This document shows, in pieces, positions 46,781-55,077 of a stretch of DNA of 64,000 nt. This DNA comes from an uncultured Prevotellaceae bacterium. GTDB taxonomy: Bacteria > Bacteroidota > Bacteroidia > Bacteroidales > Bacteroidaceae. Position 1 is the stretch's first letter; every line of letters starts with the position of its first letter. The notes beneath the pieces were generated by a model. It ran no database searches and was not told where the DNA came from. It saw nothing but the letters and a program-made list of their open reading frames with translations. The position numbers and the translations under genes are program-made. The stretch is from positions 24,423 to 88,422 of the forward strand of contig CAMWSK010000002.1 in assembly GCA_947176895.1 (NCBI GenBank). Reading direction: 5' to 3'.

Positions 46781-48939
46781 CTATTGTACCTTATTCCGTC
46801 AACCACAAGGAGACATGGGACACGTTCGTGCGCCAAAGCAAGAACGGCACCTTCCTGCTCCAGCGCAATTTCATGGATTACCACGCCGACAGGTTCACAG
46901 ACTGCTCGCTGCTGGTGTACGACGGCGGCATCGTGGACAGCGACGGCCACGAGCAATGCTGCGGACCGGAGGGGCTGAAAGCCGTGTTCCCCGCCAACTG
47001 GGTGGAAGAGGAGCGCTGCGTCTACAGCCACCAGGGCCTGACCTACGGAGGCCTCATCTACACCTCCGCCACCACACAGGCCGAGGTGATGACGTGCATG
47101 CAGCTCATCACACGCTACTGCATCGACATGCTGAGGGCCGAGCGCATGGTGTACAAGCCCATACCTTATATATATAGTACGTGTCCGTCCGAGGAGGACC
47201 TTTACGCCATCTTCCGCCTGGGCGCCCGCCTGGTGGCACGCTCGGTAAGCTCCGTGGTGGCGCTGGACTCCCCGCTGAAGATGCGGTCGTTGCGCGTGCG
47301 GCAGGCAAAGAAGGCGCTGGAGCACAACCTCTACATCGACCGTCTGATGGAAGGCGACGGGGCGGGGCTGCACGACTTCTGGGGCCTGCTGACCGACACG
47401 CTGCAACGCCGCCACGGTGTGCGGCCCGTGCATGCGGAAAGTGAGATAAGGCTGCTCATGGAGCGCTTCCCCAAAGAGATAAAAGTGTTTACGGTGAAGC
47501 GCGAGCAGACCGTGGTGGCGGGCTGTCTGGTGTTCGTGTGCGGCCGCGTGGCCCACATCCAATACATCGCCGCGGGGGATGAGGGACGCGAGAAGGGGGC
47601 GCTGGACATGCTCTTCCGCCATCTGATCATCGACCGCTACAAGTCACTGGACTTCCTGGACTTCGGCATCAGCACCGAACAGGGGGGGCGTATCCTGAAC
47701 GAGGGCCTCATCTTCCAGAAGGAGGGCTTCGGAGGACGCGCCGTCTGCTACGACTGCTACGAGATGGCGCTGGACAAGGACCTGGTGGACGCGCTCGACG
47801 GCAAGGGCGGCTACCTGGACGACAACCGCATCAAGTTTCTCTATCTGAAGAGCGTCAACGACAGTTTCGAGCCTCACCTCTCCAACGCCATCGCCGACGT
47901 GGTGCGCAGCGGATGGTATCTGCAAGGCCGCGCCGTGCGTGCCTTCGAGGAGCAGTTCGCCCACTTCATCGGGGCGAAGCACTGCGTGGGCGTGGGCAAC
48001 GGGCTGGACGCGCTGAGCATCATCCTGCGTGCCTACCGCCACCTGGAAGGATGGCAGCAGGGCGACGAGGTGATCGTGCCGGCCAACACGTTCATCGCCA
48101 CGCTGCTGGCCATCACCGAGGCCGGACTCACGCCGGTGTTGGCCGAGCCGTCGGCCGACGACTACCTGATTGACGTGAAGAAGCTGCCCGCGCTGATTAC
48201 CGGACGCACCCGCGCCATCATACCCGTCCACCTCTACGGGCGGGTGTGCGACATGGCATCCGTCAACCTGCTGGCCAAGGAACACGGGTTGCGCGTGATA
48301 GAGGATGCGGCGCAGGCCCACGGCGCCATGCTGCAAGGCAGGCGTGCCGGCCATCTGGCCGATGCGGCGGCCTTCAGCTTCTATCCGGCCAAGAACCTGG
48401 GCTGTCTGGGCGACGGCGGCGGCATCGTCACCGATGACGACGAGCTGGCCCGCCTGTGCCGCATGATAGGCAACTACGGTTCGAGCGAGAAGTACGTACA
48501 CGAGCTGAAGGGCATCAACAGCCGGCTGGACGAAGTGCAAGCCGCCGTGCTCAGCGTGAAGCTTCCCCGCCTGGACGACGACAACAGCCACCGCCGGATG
48601 CTGGCCAGGCTCTACACCGAGGAATTGGACAACCCTCTGGTCACCAAACCACGCATGCCCCGGAACAGCGAGGAGCACGTGTGGTATGTCTACCCCATCC
48701 GCTGCGCCGTGCGCGACCAGCTGAAAGAATACCTGCGCCGGCATGGCGTGGACACACAGATCCACTACCCCAAGCCCCCACACAAGCAGGGTGCCTATCC
48801 CGAACTCGGCCACCTGCAGTTGCCCGTAGCCGAGCGTATGCACCGCGAGATCCTTTCCCTGCCCATCAGCCCCACGTTGGGCGAAGGGCACATACGCCGT
48901 GTGATACAGCTGATCAACGAATTTAACGTGACCGAATGA
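46777..48939 (+). CDS. Fused protein: N-terminal FemAB/GNAT-like acyltransferase domain plus C-terminal DegT/DnrJ/EryC1/StrS sugar aminotransferase
   Basis: 720 aa in one frame. The C-terminal half has GNGLDALSIILRA, IPVHLYG and the PLP-lysine motif FSFYPAKNLG. The N-terminal ~340 aa resemble the ~330-aa GNAT-type acyltransferases usually encoded as a separate gene beside WxcM-like genes. The start overlaps the upstream stop as ATGA. Confidence 0.75.
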   Translation: MTIVPYSVNHKETWDTFVRQSKNGTFLLQRNFMDYHADRFTDCSLLVYDGGIVDSDGHEQCCGPEGLKAVFPANWVEEERCVYSHQGLTYGGLIYTSATTQAEVMTCMQLITRYCIDMLRAERMVYKPIPYIYSTCPSEEDLYAIFRLGARLVARSVSSVVALDSPLKMRSLRVRQAKKALEHNLYIDRLMEGDGAGLHDFWGLLTDTLQRRHGVRPVHAESEIRLLMERFPKEIKVFTVKREQTVVAGCLVFVCGRVAHIQYIAAGDEGREKGALDMLFRHLIIDRYKSLDFLDFGISTEQGGRILNEGLIFQKEGFGGRAVCYDCYEMALDKDLVDALDGKGGYLDDNRIKFLYLKSVNDSFEPHLSNAIADVVRSGWYLQGRAVRAFEEQFAHFIGAKHCVGVGNGLDALSIILRAYRHLEGWQQGDEVIVPANTFIATLLAITEAGLTPVLAEPSADDYLIDVKKLPALITGRTRAIIPVHLYGRVCDMASVNLLAKEHGLRVIEDAAQAHGAMLQGRRAGHLADAAAFSFYPAKNLGCLGDGGGIVTDDDELARLCRMIGNYGSSEKYVHELKGINSRLDEVQAAVLSVKLPRLDDDNSHRRMLARLYTEELDNPLVTKPRMPRNSEEHVWYVYPIRCAVRDQLKEYLRRHGVDTQIHYPKPPHKQGAYPELGHLQLPVAERMHREILSLPISPTLGEGHIRRVIQLINEFNVTE

Positions 48940-49700
48940 CCACCGAAGTTCTCATCTGCACCACTCTGGAGCGTCTGCACCGAGCCATCCGGGTGCCCTT
49001 ACCCCCCATGCCCGGCGTCAGCTATCTGCTGAGCGTGCAGGGCGGAGAGCCGGACTACACGCCCGGGCGCCCCGACATCAGGGTGGTATGGATGCAGGAG
49101 AGGGGATTGTGCAAGAACCGCAACCTCGCCCTTTCCCGGGCGCAGGGAGACGTGTTGGTGATTGCCGACGACGACAACGAGCCGGTGGCGGAAACCATTC
49201 AAAGCGTGGCCGGCCTTTTCGAGGAACATCCCGATTGGGACATCATCCAGTTCCGCATGGCGGGAAGCGGCAAGCCGTTTCCCGCGCCCTACGTCAGTTC
49301 ATGCGAGCTGGCCTTGCGCCGCGCCACCGCCGGCAGGCTCCGCTTCGACGAGCGCTTCGGCCTGGGAAGCAAGCATCTGGCCTGTGGGGAAGAAGATGTT
49401 TTTTGTATGGAGGCTGAGAAAAAAGGGTTGAAGATGAAGCAGCTGGACATGCCCCTTTGTCGTCTGGAAGGCACCACCACGGGCGACCGTTTCCTTTCCG
49501 ACCCGCGCGTACAGCGAAGCAAGGGTGCCGTGTTTGCCCTCACGCGCGGATGCTTTCGGGCTTATTATAAATGTACGCGCGAGGCCATCGGCCGGTTCGT
49601 GCGCGAGGGTGCCAACCCCTTCCCCCTGTTGAAGAACATGTTTTGGGGAATACGATATATTATTAAAGGGACGTGCCAAAATATATCATCAAAGGATTAA
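48936..49700 (+). CDS. Glycosyltransferase (GT-A fold, family 2-like)
   Basis: 254 aa. Contains VLVIADDDNEP (a DxD-type motif). The start overlaps the upstream stop as ATGA. Confidence 0.65.
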   Translation: MTTEVLICTTLERLHRAIRVPLPPMPGVSYLLSVQGGEPDYTPGRPDIRVVWMQERGLCKNRNLALSRAQGDVLVIADDDNEPVAETIQSVAGLFEEHPDWDIIQFRMAGSGKPFPAPYVSSCELALRRATAGRLRFDERFGLGSKHLACGEEDVFCMEAEKKGLKMKQLDMPLCRLEGTTTGDRFLSDPRVQRSKGAVFALTRGCFRAYYKCTREAIGRFVREGANPFPLLKNMFWGIRYIIKGTCQNISSKD

Positions 49701-49703
49701 CAC

Positions 49704-49730
49704 CCACGAAGACACGTCCCTACTTCGTGG
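49704..49730. terminator. Hairpin between convergent genes, sharing 22 nt with the element at 61445-61466
   Basis: Stem CCACGAAG/CTTCGTGG with an 11-nt loop. Positions 49709-49730 (aagacacgtccctacttcgtgg) are identical to 61445-61466 and overlap the last four codons of the GT4-like gene. Confidence 0.55.
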
Positions 49731-50826
49731 ATGACCAGAAGCGGATGTATTGTTCGGCCACGCGCACATGGTGGTGATGGCGCAGAGTGTAGGCACGGCT
49801 GTCTTCCTGCAATTGGTTCAAATCATCGGGATGCAGCAGCAGCCTTCGCTCGATTTCCCGCTCCACGCTCTCCAGGGTGGGCTGCACGTTGATGATGGGG
49901 CGCAGCACATCCTCACCCATCAGTTGGTAGTGCTCTTCCTCGCCTCCGCCCACCAGCACCAGCCCCTTGGCCATGGCCAGCAGGCCGTTCATGGCGGGCG
50001 TGTAGCTGTAGAGCTGGTCGAGGAGCACGTCGCTGGTGTCCATCATGTGCCGGTACCGGGCGAAGGGCACGCTCTCGGCCTTCACAATCTGCATCCGTCC
50101 GCCCCATCTCCTTTGCAAATTTTCCAGTGCCCGCAGCATGATGTCGGTGCCCTTATAGGCGTTGCGGCTGCGCTGGATGCCGATAAAGAAGCGCATGGCG
50201 GGGTCGTCGGGATGCGGTTGGCGAAGCGTCACCTCGTCATGATTGATGGGAAAAGGAATGAAGGTGGTCTTCGCGGCATAGCGTGTCCGGTGGCAGCGCC
50301 AATATTCATACAGCCCGGCGACGATGCCGTCGCAATCCTCGGCCACCAGCTCGTTCAGCGTACCCTTGGGTCCGTGCAGCCAGTCGCGCACCATCTCGTC
50401 GTTCTCGGCATTCTGCCTCCGCCGGCCATAGAGATAGAAATCGCTGTACCGGAACGTGTCGGGCTTCAGTCCCTCCTCCACCCACGGCTTGTCGATGCCG
50501 AAGGCTCCGAGGAACACTTTCCCGTTCTGCCGGCGCAAGCGTTGGTAGTAGGGAAAGATGCGTTCGGCCCTCAACGGCAGGAACACGGGATTGATGAGCT
50601 GCACCACATCATAGTCCCGCAGCCGGGGCCACGTGCGCCGCACCTTCCACAGGAACCGCAGCGTGTCCCACCGGCCCAACGAGCGGCGCCGCAGGTCGAT
50701 ATCCCGGGGATAATCCTTCCACGAATCCCCGTCACTTGCCACATCCACCCGGTGGCCCAGCTCCCGGAGTCCCCGGGCCAGCGTGCAATGCACGTTGCTG
50801 TATTCTCCCAATAAAAGTATCTTCAT
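49720..50826 (-). CDS. Glycosyltransferase (GT-B fold, family 4/1-like)
   Basis: Trimmed to ATG 50826 (MKILLLGEYSNVHCTLARGLRELGHRV). The C-terminal half has the nucleotide-sugar binding type region. Confidence 0.7.
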   Translation of the reverse strand: MKILLLGEYSNVHCTLARGLRELGHRVDVASDGDSWKDYPRDIDLRRRSLGRWDTLRFLWKVRRTWPRLRDYDVVQLINPVFLPLRAERIFPYYQRLRRQNGKVFLGAFGIDKPWVEEGLKPDTFRYSDFYLYGRRRQNAENDEMVRDWLHGPKGTLNELVAEDCDGIVAGLYEYWRCHRTRYAAKTTFIPFPINHDEVTLRQPHPDDPAMRFFIGIQRSRNAYKGTDIMLRALENLQRRWGGRMQIVKAESVPFARYRHMMDTSDVLLDQLYSYTPAMNGLLAMAKGLVLVGGGEEEHYQLMGEDVLRPIINVQPTLESVEREIERRLLLHPDDLNQLQEDSRAYTLRHHHHVRVAEQYIRFWSSTK

Positions 50827-50866
50827 GACATACAAAGATAAATAATTTTCGTATCTTCGTGTCGAT

Positions 50867-52372
50867 ATGAGCAAGAAAGAAAAGGAGTCGCGCAGCGACA
50901 GCTACGGACACGTGCTGAAGTACACCAGCCTGTTCGGAGGCGTACAGGTGTTGAAAATATTGGTAGACGTGGTGAGGAACAAGCTGGCAGCAACGTTGTT
51001 GCATCGCACGGGATTGGGACTCAACGCACAATACATGAACTCGGCCGAGGTGGCCGGCTCGCTCACCAACTTCGGCCTGGGCTTTGCCTCGGTGCAACGG
51101 CTGAGCGAACTCTACGAGCAGGACGATGCCGGGGAACTGCACCGTTTTGTGGGCGTGGTGCGCACGTGGAGCCTGTGGTCCTCCATCATCGGAATGCTTT
51201 TTTGCCTGGCACTGAGCCTTCTGGCCTCTTCTTGGTATTTTCCCGACGCAAAGCCCGCACTCACGGACATCCTGTTGTTGTGCCTCTTCGTGGGTGCCCT
51301 GCCCATCGAAGAGGGTGAGTGCAGTATCCTCAAGGGCACGCGCCAATTGGGCCGCATGGCCGGCGTGGAGAGCAGTATCGCGCTGGCCACGCTCATGCTC
51401 ACCATCCCCGTGTATTATCTGTTGGGCATCCGCGGCATCGTGCTGGCCCTGACGCTGGTGGGATGGGCCAAGGTGGCGGTGCACATGACCGTCACCCTGC
51501 AGCTCTTCCCCTACCGCATCTTCCCCTTCTCGCCCCGGGTGTTGCGTGCCGGACGCCCGTTGCTGATGCGCGGCATCCCCTTCATGCTCGCCGCCGTGCT
51601 GGGCAGCCTGACGACCATGGCGCTCTTCCGCTATTGCCTCAACGGCAACAGCCAGGAGATAGGCCTTTATAAAAGCATCTTCAGCCTGATGGTGACCTAT
51701 GCCGGCATGGTGTTCATCGCCATCGGCAACGATTTCTTCCCGCGCCTGAGCAGCGTGAACCACGACCCTGCACGCATGAACCACGCCATCAACCAGCAGG
51801 TCGACGTCAGCATCCTGCTCATCACGCCCATGCTCATCGCCATGGTGGTGGTGATGCCTTGGATCATCCGCCTGTTCTACAGCAGCGAGTTCCTGCCCGG
51901 CGTGGCCATGGGCCAGTGCGCCGTGTTCTACATGTTCTTCCAGGCCGTCACCAAGCCCGTGGCCTACACCTCGCTGGCCAAGGGCGACAGCGTGGTGTTC
52001 CTGATGGTGGAGCTTGTCTACAACGCCGTGTTCATCGGCCTGATGTACTACGCCTACCACAACTATTCGCTGGTGGGCGCAGGCGTGGCCCTCAGCCTGG
52101 CAGCCCTGTTCGACATGCTGATGATCTGCGCCGTCTACTCCCGCCTCTACCACTTGAAGCTCCGCCCATCCACCCTGCGCGTCATTGCCGTGCAAGGCTT
52201 CCTGCTGGTGGCCGTGGTGGTGGCCTGCATACCCCTGATCACCTGGGTGAAATACACCGTGGCCGTGCCGGCCTTCCTGCTGAGCGTGGCCTACAGCCGC
52301 CGCATCCTCTCCGCCGACGTCCATTTCACCAAGACCCTCCGCAGTAAAATCGACAAGTTACGGAACCGATGA
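50867..52372 (+). CDS. wzx: Oligosaccharide flippase (Wzx / polysaccharide biosynthesis protein, MOP superfamily)
   Basis: 501 aa with about 12-14 TM segments. The N-terminus LKYTSLFGGVQVLKILVDVVRNKLAATLL is typical of Bacteroidota Wzx proteins. Confidence 0.8.
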   Translation: MSKKEKESRSDSYGHVLKYTSLFGGVQVLKILVDVVRNKLAATLLHRTGLGLNAQYMNSAEVAGSLTNFGLGFASVQRLSELYEQDDAGELHRFVGVVRTWSLWSSIIGMLFCLALSLLASSWYFPDAKPALTDILLLCLFVGALPIEEGECSILKGTRQLGRMAGVESSIALATLMLTIPVYYLLGIRGIVLALTLVGWAKVAVHMTVTLQLFPYRIFPFSPRVLRAGRPLLMRGIPFMLAAVLGSLTTMALFRYCLNGNSQEIGLYKSIFSLMVTYAGMVFIAIGNDFFPRLSSVNHDPARMNHAINQQVDVSILLITPMLIAMVVVMPWIIRLFYSSEFLPGVAMGQCAVFYMFFQAVTKPVAYTSLAKGDSVVFLMVELVYNAVFIGLMYYAYHNYSLVGAGVALSLAALFDMLMICAVYSRLYHLKLRPSTLRVIAVQGFLLVAVVVACIPLITWVKYTVAVPAFLLSVAYSRRILSADVHFTKTLRSKIDKLRNR

Positions 52373-53316
52373 CCCCCTCCCCGCGCGTCTCCATCCTGAT
52401 GGCCGTGTACAACGCCCAAAAGTTTCTGGGCGAGGCACTGGACAGCGTGCTGGCCCAGACCGAACCTTCCTGGGAACTGATTTGCGTGGACGATGCCTCC
52501 ACCGACCGCTCCCTTTCCATCTTACAGGCTTACGCAGCCCGCGACAGCCGCATCCGCGTGGTGCGGCAACCCGAGAACCGGGGACTGAGCGTGGCACGTA
52601 ATGCGGTGCTCAGCCATGCGCAAGGCACCTGGGTGATGATACTCGACAGCGATGATTGGCTCGGCCCCGACACATTGGAACGCGCCTTGCGGTGCGAGAC
52701 GCCCGATGCGGACGCCATCCTGCTCGACCTCATCCACCACCATCCGGCCCGTCCGCCCGTCCGCCACTTCACCCCCAATCGGGAAGGGCAGCACATGACG
52801 GGCATCGAAGCCTTCACGCTGTCACTGGACTGGACGCTGCACGCCCTGATACTCGTGCGGCGCGAGCTGCACCTGCGCTATCCCTACGACGAGCGCCTGC
52901 GCTGGTATGCCGACGACAACACCGCCCGCCTCCATCTGCTCCATTCACGCCGGGTAATCCTTTCCACCGGGCAATACCACTATCGCCACCACGCCGAGAG
53001 CAACACCACAGCCGTCACCCCCCGGCGCTTCCTGCTGATGGAGGCCAACCGGCACATGCAGCAGACGCTGGAAGAAGAGGGCTTTCCGCCCGAGGTGCTG
53101 GCCGCACACCGGAAGACGTGCTGGCACAACTATATGGGCCTGTTGCGCCTCTATCACACCCACTGCCGAAATTTCACGCCTGGCGAGCGTCGCGAGATAC
53201 AAGAGCGTTTCCGTCGCCTCTACCCCGCCTTCTACCGCCGCACGCCCTATCCCCTGTTTCTTTTCCGTCAATGGGCGGGCCACGTCTTCCGGTCCCTCTT
53301 CCCCCGGAAACCATAG
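52369..53316 (+). CDS. Glycosyltransferase family 2
   Basis: 315 aa. VSILMAVYNAQKFLGEALDSVLAQT, and ELICVDDASTDRS. The start overlaps the wzx stop as ATGA. Confidence 0.88.
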   Translation: MTPSPRVSILMAVYNAQKFLGEALDSVLAQTEPSWELICVDDASTDRSLSILQAYAARDSRIRVVRQPENRGLSVARNAVLSHAQGTWVMILDSDDWLGPDTLERALRCETPDADAILLDLIHHHPARPPVRHFTPNREGQHMTGIEAFTLSLDWTLHALILVRRELHLRYPYDERLRWYADDNTARLHLLHSRRVILSTGQYHYRHHAESNTTAVTPRRFLLMEANRHMQQTLEEEGFPPEVLAAHRKTCWHNYMGLLRLYHTHCRNFTPGERREIQERFRRLYPAFYRRTPYPLFLFRQWAGHVFRSLFPRKP

Positions 53317-53331
53317 CATCACGCCCCATCA

Positions 53332-53398
53332 GAAAAAGCATCCGCATGTTCCGATAAAAACGCCGCGATGTTTCACCTCATTCGCCGCGGCGTTTTTT
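53332..53398. repeat. GC-variant intergenic palindromic repeat, copy E (also terminator-like)
   Basis: gaaaaagcatccgcatgttcc, gataaaaacgccgcgatgtttc and acctcattcgccgcggcgtttttt. Positions 53356-53367 pair with 53386-53397 (12 bp), flanked by A and T runs. Confidence 0.8.
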
Positions 53399-53503
53399 AA
53401 ACCGGTCGGGCCGTTGTAATCCGAGCGGCATCATTTGGCACCGGCACATGCCAAACAGGAAGGACAAACAGGAAGGTTAAAATCAAAAAAAGCAGGGAAG
53501 AAT

Positions 53504-53534
53504 TTGGCCGTATCGCAAATGTTTCCTATCTTTG
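53504..53534 (+). promoter_or_regulatory. Promoter (TTG-N20-TATCTTTG) for tRNA-Cys
   Basis: TTG at 53504-53506 and TATCTTTG at 53527-53534, 18 nt upstream of the tRNA 5' end. Confidence 0.6.
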
Positions 53535-53552
53535 CACTCGCAATCATGCCAC

Positions 53553-53624
53553 GGTGCCTTGGATGAGTGGCTTAGTCAACGGTCTGCAAAACCGTCTACG
53601 GCGGTTCGAATCCGCCAGGCACCT
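53553..53624 (+). tRNA. tRNA-Cys (anticodon GCA)
   Basis: 72 nt. Acceptor GGTGCCT/AGGCACC, anticodon stem ACGGT/ACCGT with loop CTGCAAA, T-arm GGCGG TTCGAAT CCGCC. Confidence 0.9.
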
Positions 53625-53710
53625 CGCAAAAACAACGCTCGGGTATTCGTTTACAAGACGGAATGCCCGAGCGTTTTTCACTAAGCAGCCGCAAAAATCA
53701 AGACAAGACG

Positions 53711-54931
53711 ATGACAAACCTGCCCCCGATAGACGACAACCTGCCGGAAGGCCCGGGACTTGTGGCCCTGAGCGGCGGCGCGGACAGCGTGGCTCTGCTG
53801 CGGCTGTTGCATGCCCGGGGCAGCGTGTTCACGGTGCTGCACTGCAACTTCCACTTGCGGGGAGCAGAAAGTGACCGCGACGAAGCATTCGTGCGAGGAC
53901 TTTGCGACCGGCTCGGCATCCCACTGACGGTGAAGCACTTCGACACGTCTGCCTTCGCCCGCGAACAGAAGATAAGCGTGGAAATGGCCGCCCGCAGGCT
54001 GCGCTACGAATGGTTCGAGCAGGAGCGCAGGCGCACGGATGCCAGCTGGATTGCCGTGGCGCACCACCGCGAGGACCAGGCCGAGACCATCCTGCTGAAC
54101 CTGCTGCGCGGCACGGGACCGGCGGGGCTGGGAGGCATGCGCCCGCGCAACGGCCATGTGGTGCGCCCCCTGCTCGAGTGGCACAAACGGGACATCCTTG
54201 ATTATCTGGAAAGCATCGGGCAGGATTTCGTGACGGACAGCACCAACCTGGAGCGCGACGCCCAACGCAATGTACTCAGGCTGGACGTGATGCCCCTGCT
54301 GCGCCAAATCAACCCGCAGGCCGTGGAACATATCTGCCGGACAGGCGAGCTGATACGCAGCATGACAGACGAGCCCGGGGAAGAGGGACTGACGCTCCAT
54401 GAACTGCACCGATGGCTGCACCCGCTGGGCTTCAGCCTGAGCCAGCAGCGCGACATCCACCGCCACCAGGCGGGCGAGAGCGGAGCCGTGTGGCTGAGCA
54501 GTACGCACCGCCTGTTGCGCGACCGGGGGCGGCTGGTGGCGGAGAAGCGCGAAGAGGCCACGATGCCCGCCGTGGAACAGGAAATCGTGGCGGTGGAGGA
54601 TGCGCTCGGATGGCTGGCCACCCAACCCAAAGAGCCCGACACGGCTTATCTGGATGCCGACCTTCTGACCCTGCCCTTGCGGCAGCGCTTCACGCAGAGG
54701 GGAGACCGTTTCCACCCCTTCGGCCTTAAAGGCACGAAGCTGGTGAGCGATGCGCTCACCGACCTCAAGATGCCGCGCTTCGAGAAAGAACGGCAGACGG
54801 TGATGACGTCGGGAGAGGACATCTGCTGGCTGGTGGGCCTGCGCAGCGACCACCGTTTTCGGCTAAGCTCGAAGACGCGGCGCGTGATGGTGCTAAAAGT
54901 GACAAAAAAGCGAGAAAAACCGGCGGATTGA
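53711..54931 (+). CDS. tilS: tRNA(Ile)-lysidine synthetase
   Basis: PP-loop motif LVALSGGADSVALL. Also HFDTSAFAREQKISVEMAARRLRYEWF, and VAHHREDQAETILLNLLRG. The start was chosen at ATG 53711; the track ORF begins at 53663. Confidence 0.9.
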   Translation: MTNLPPIDDNLPEGPGLVALSGGADSVALLRLLHARGSVFTVLHCNFHLRGAESDRDEAFVRGLCDRLGIPLTVKHFDTSAFAREQKISVEMAARRLRYEWFEQERRRTDASWIAVAHHREDQAETILLNLLRGTGPAGLGGMRPRNGHVVRPLLEWHKRDILDYLESIGQDFVTDSTNLERDAQRNVLRLDVMPLLRQINPQAVEHICRTGELIRSMTDEPGEEGLTLHELHRWLHPLGFSLSQQRDIHRHQAGESGAVWLSSTHRLLRDRGRLVAEKREEATMPAVEQEIVAVEDALGWLATQPKEPDTAYLDADLLTLPLRQRFTQRGDRFHPFGLKGTKLVSDALTDLKMPRFEKERQTVMTSGEDICWLVGLRSDHRFRLSSKTRRVMVLKVTKKREKPAD

Positions 54932-54986
54932 TTGAAAAAATAGGAAAAATAGGACAAAAAACGCCCTTATTTTTAAACCTTTATAA

Positions 54987-55018
54987 CGCACAAGAGAACG
55001 CCCTTGTGCGTTTTTTTT
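54987..55018 (+). terminator. Rho-independent terminator after tilS
   Basis: Stem CGCACAAG/CTTGTGCG with an 8-nt loop, followed by eight T. Confidence 0.8.
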
Positions 55019-55020
55019 CG

Positions 55021-55028
55021 TACTTTTG
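55021..55028 (+). promoter_or_regulatory. -7 box TACTTTTG for the RND efflux operon
   Basis: It lies immediately after the tilS terminator, 49 nt upstream of ATG 55078. Confidence 0.45.
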
Positions 55029-55077
55029 CAGCCGTATTCAAAAACGGAATAACCACAATAATATATAGTTAGAAAGT

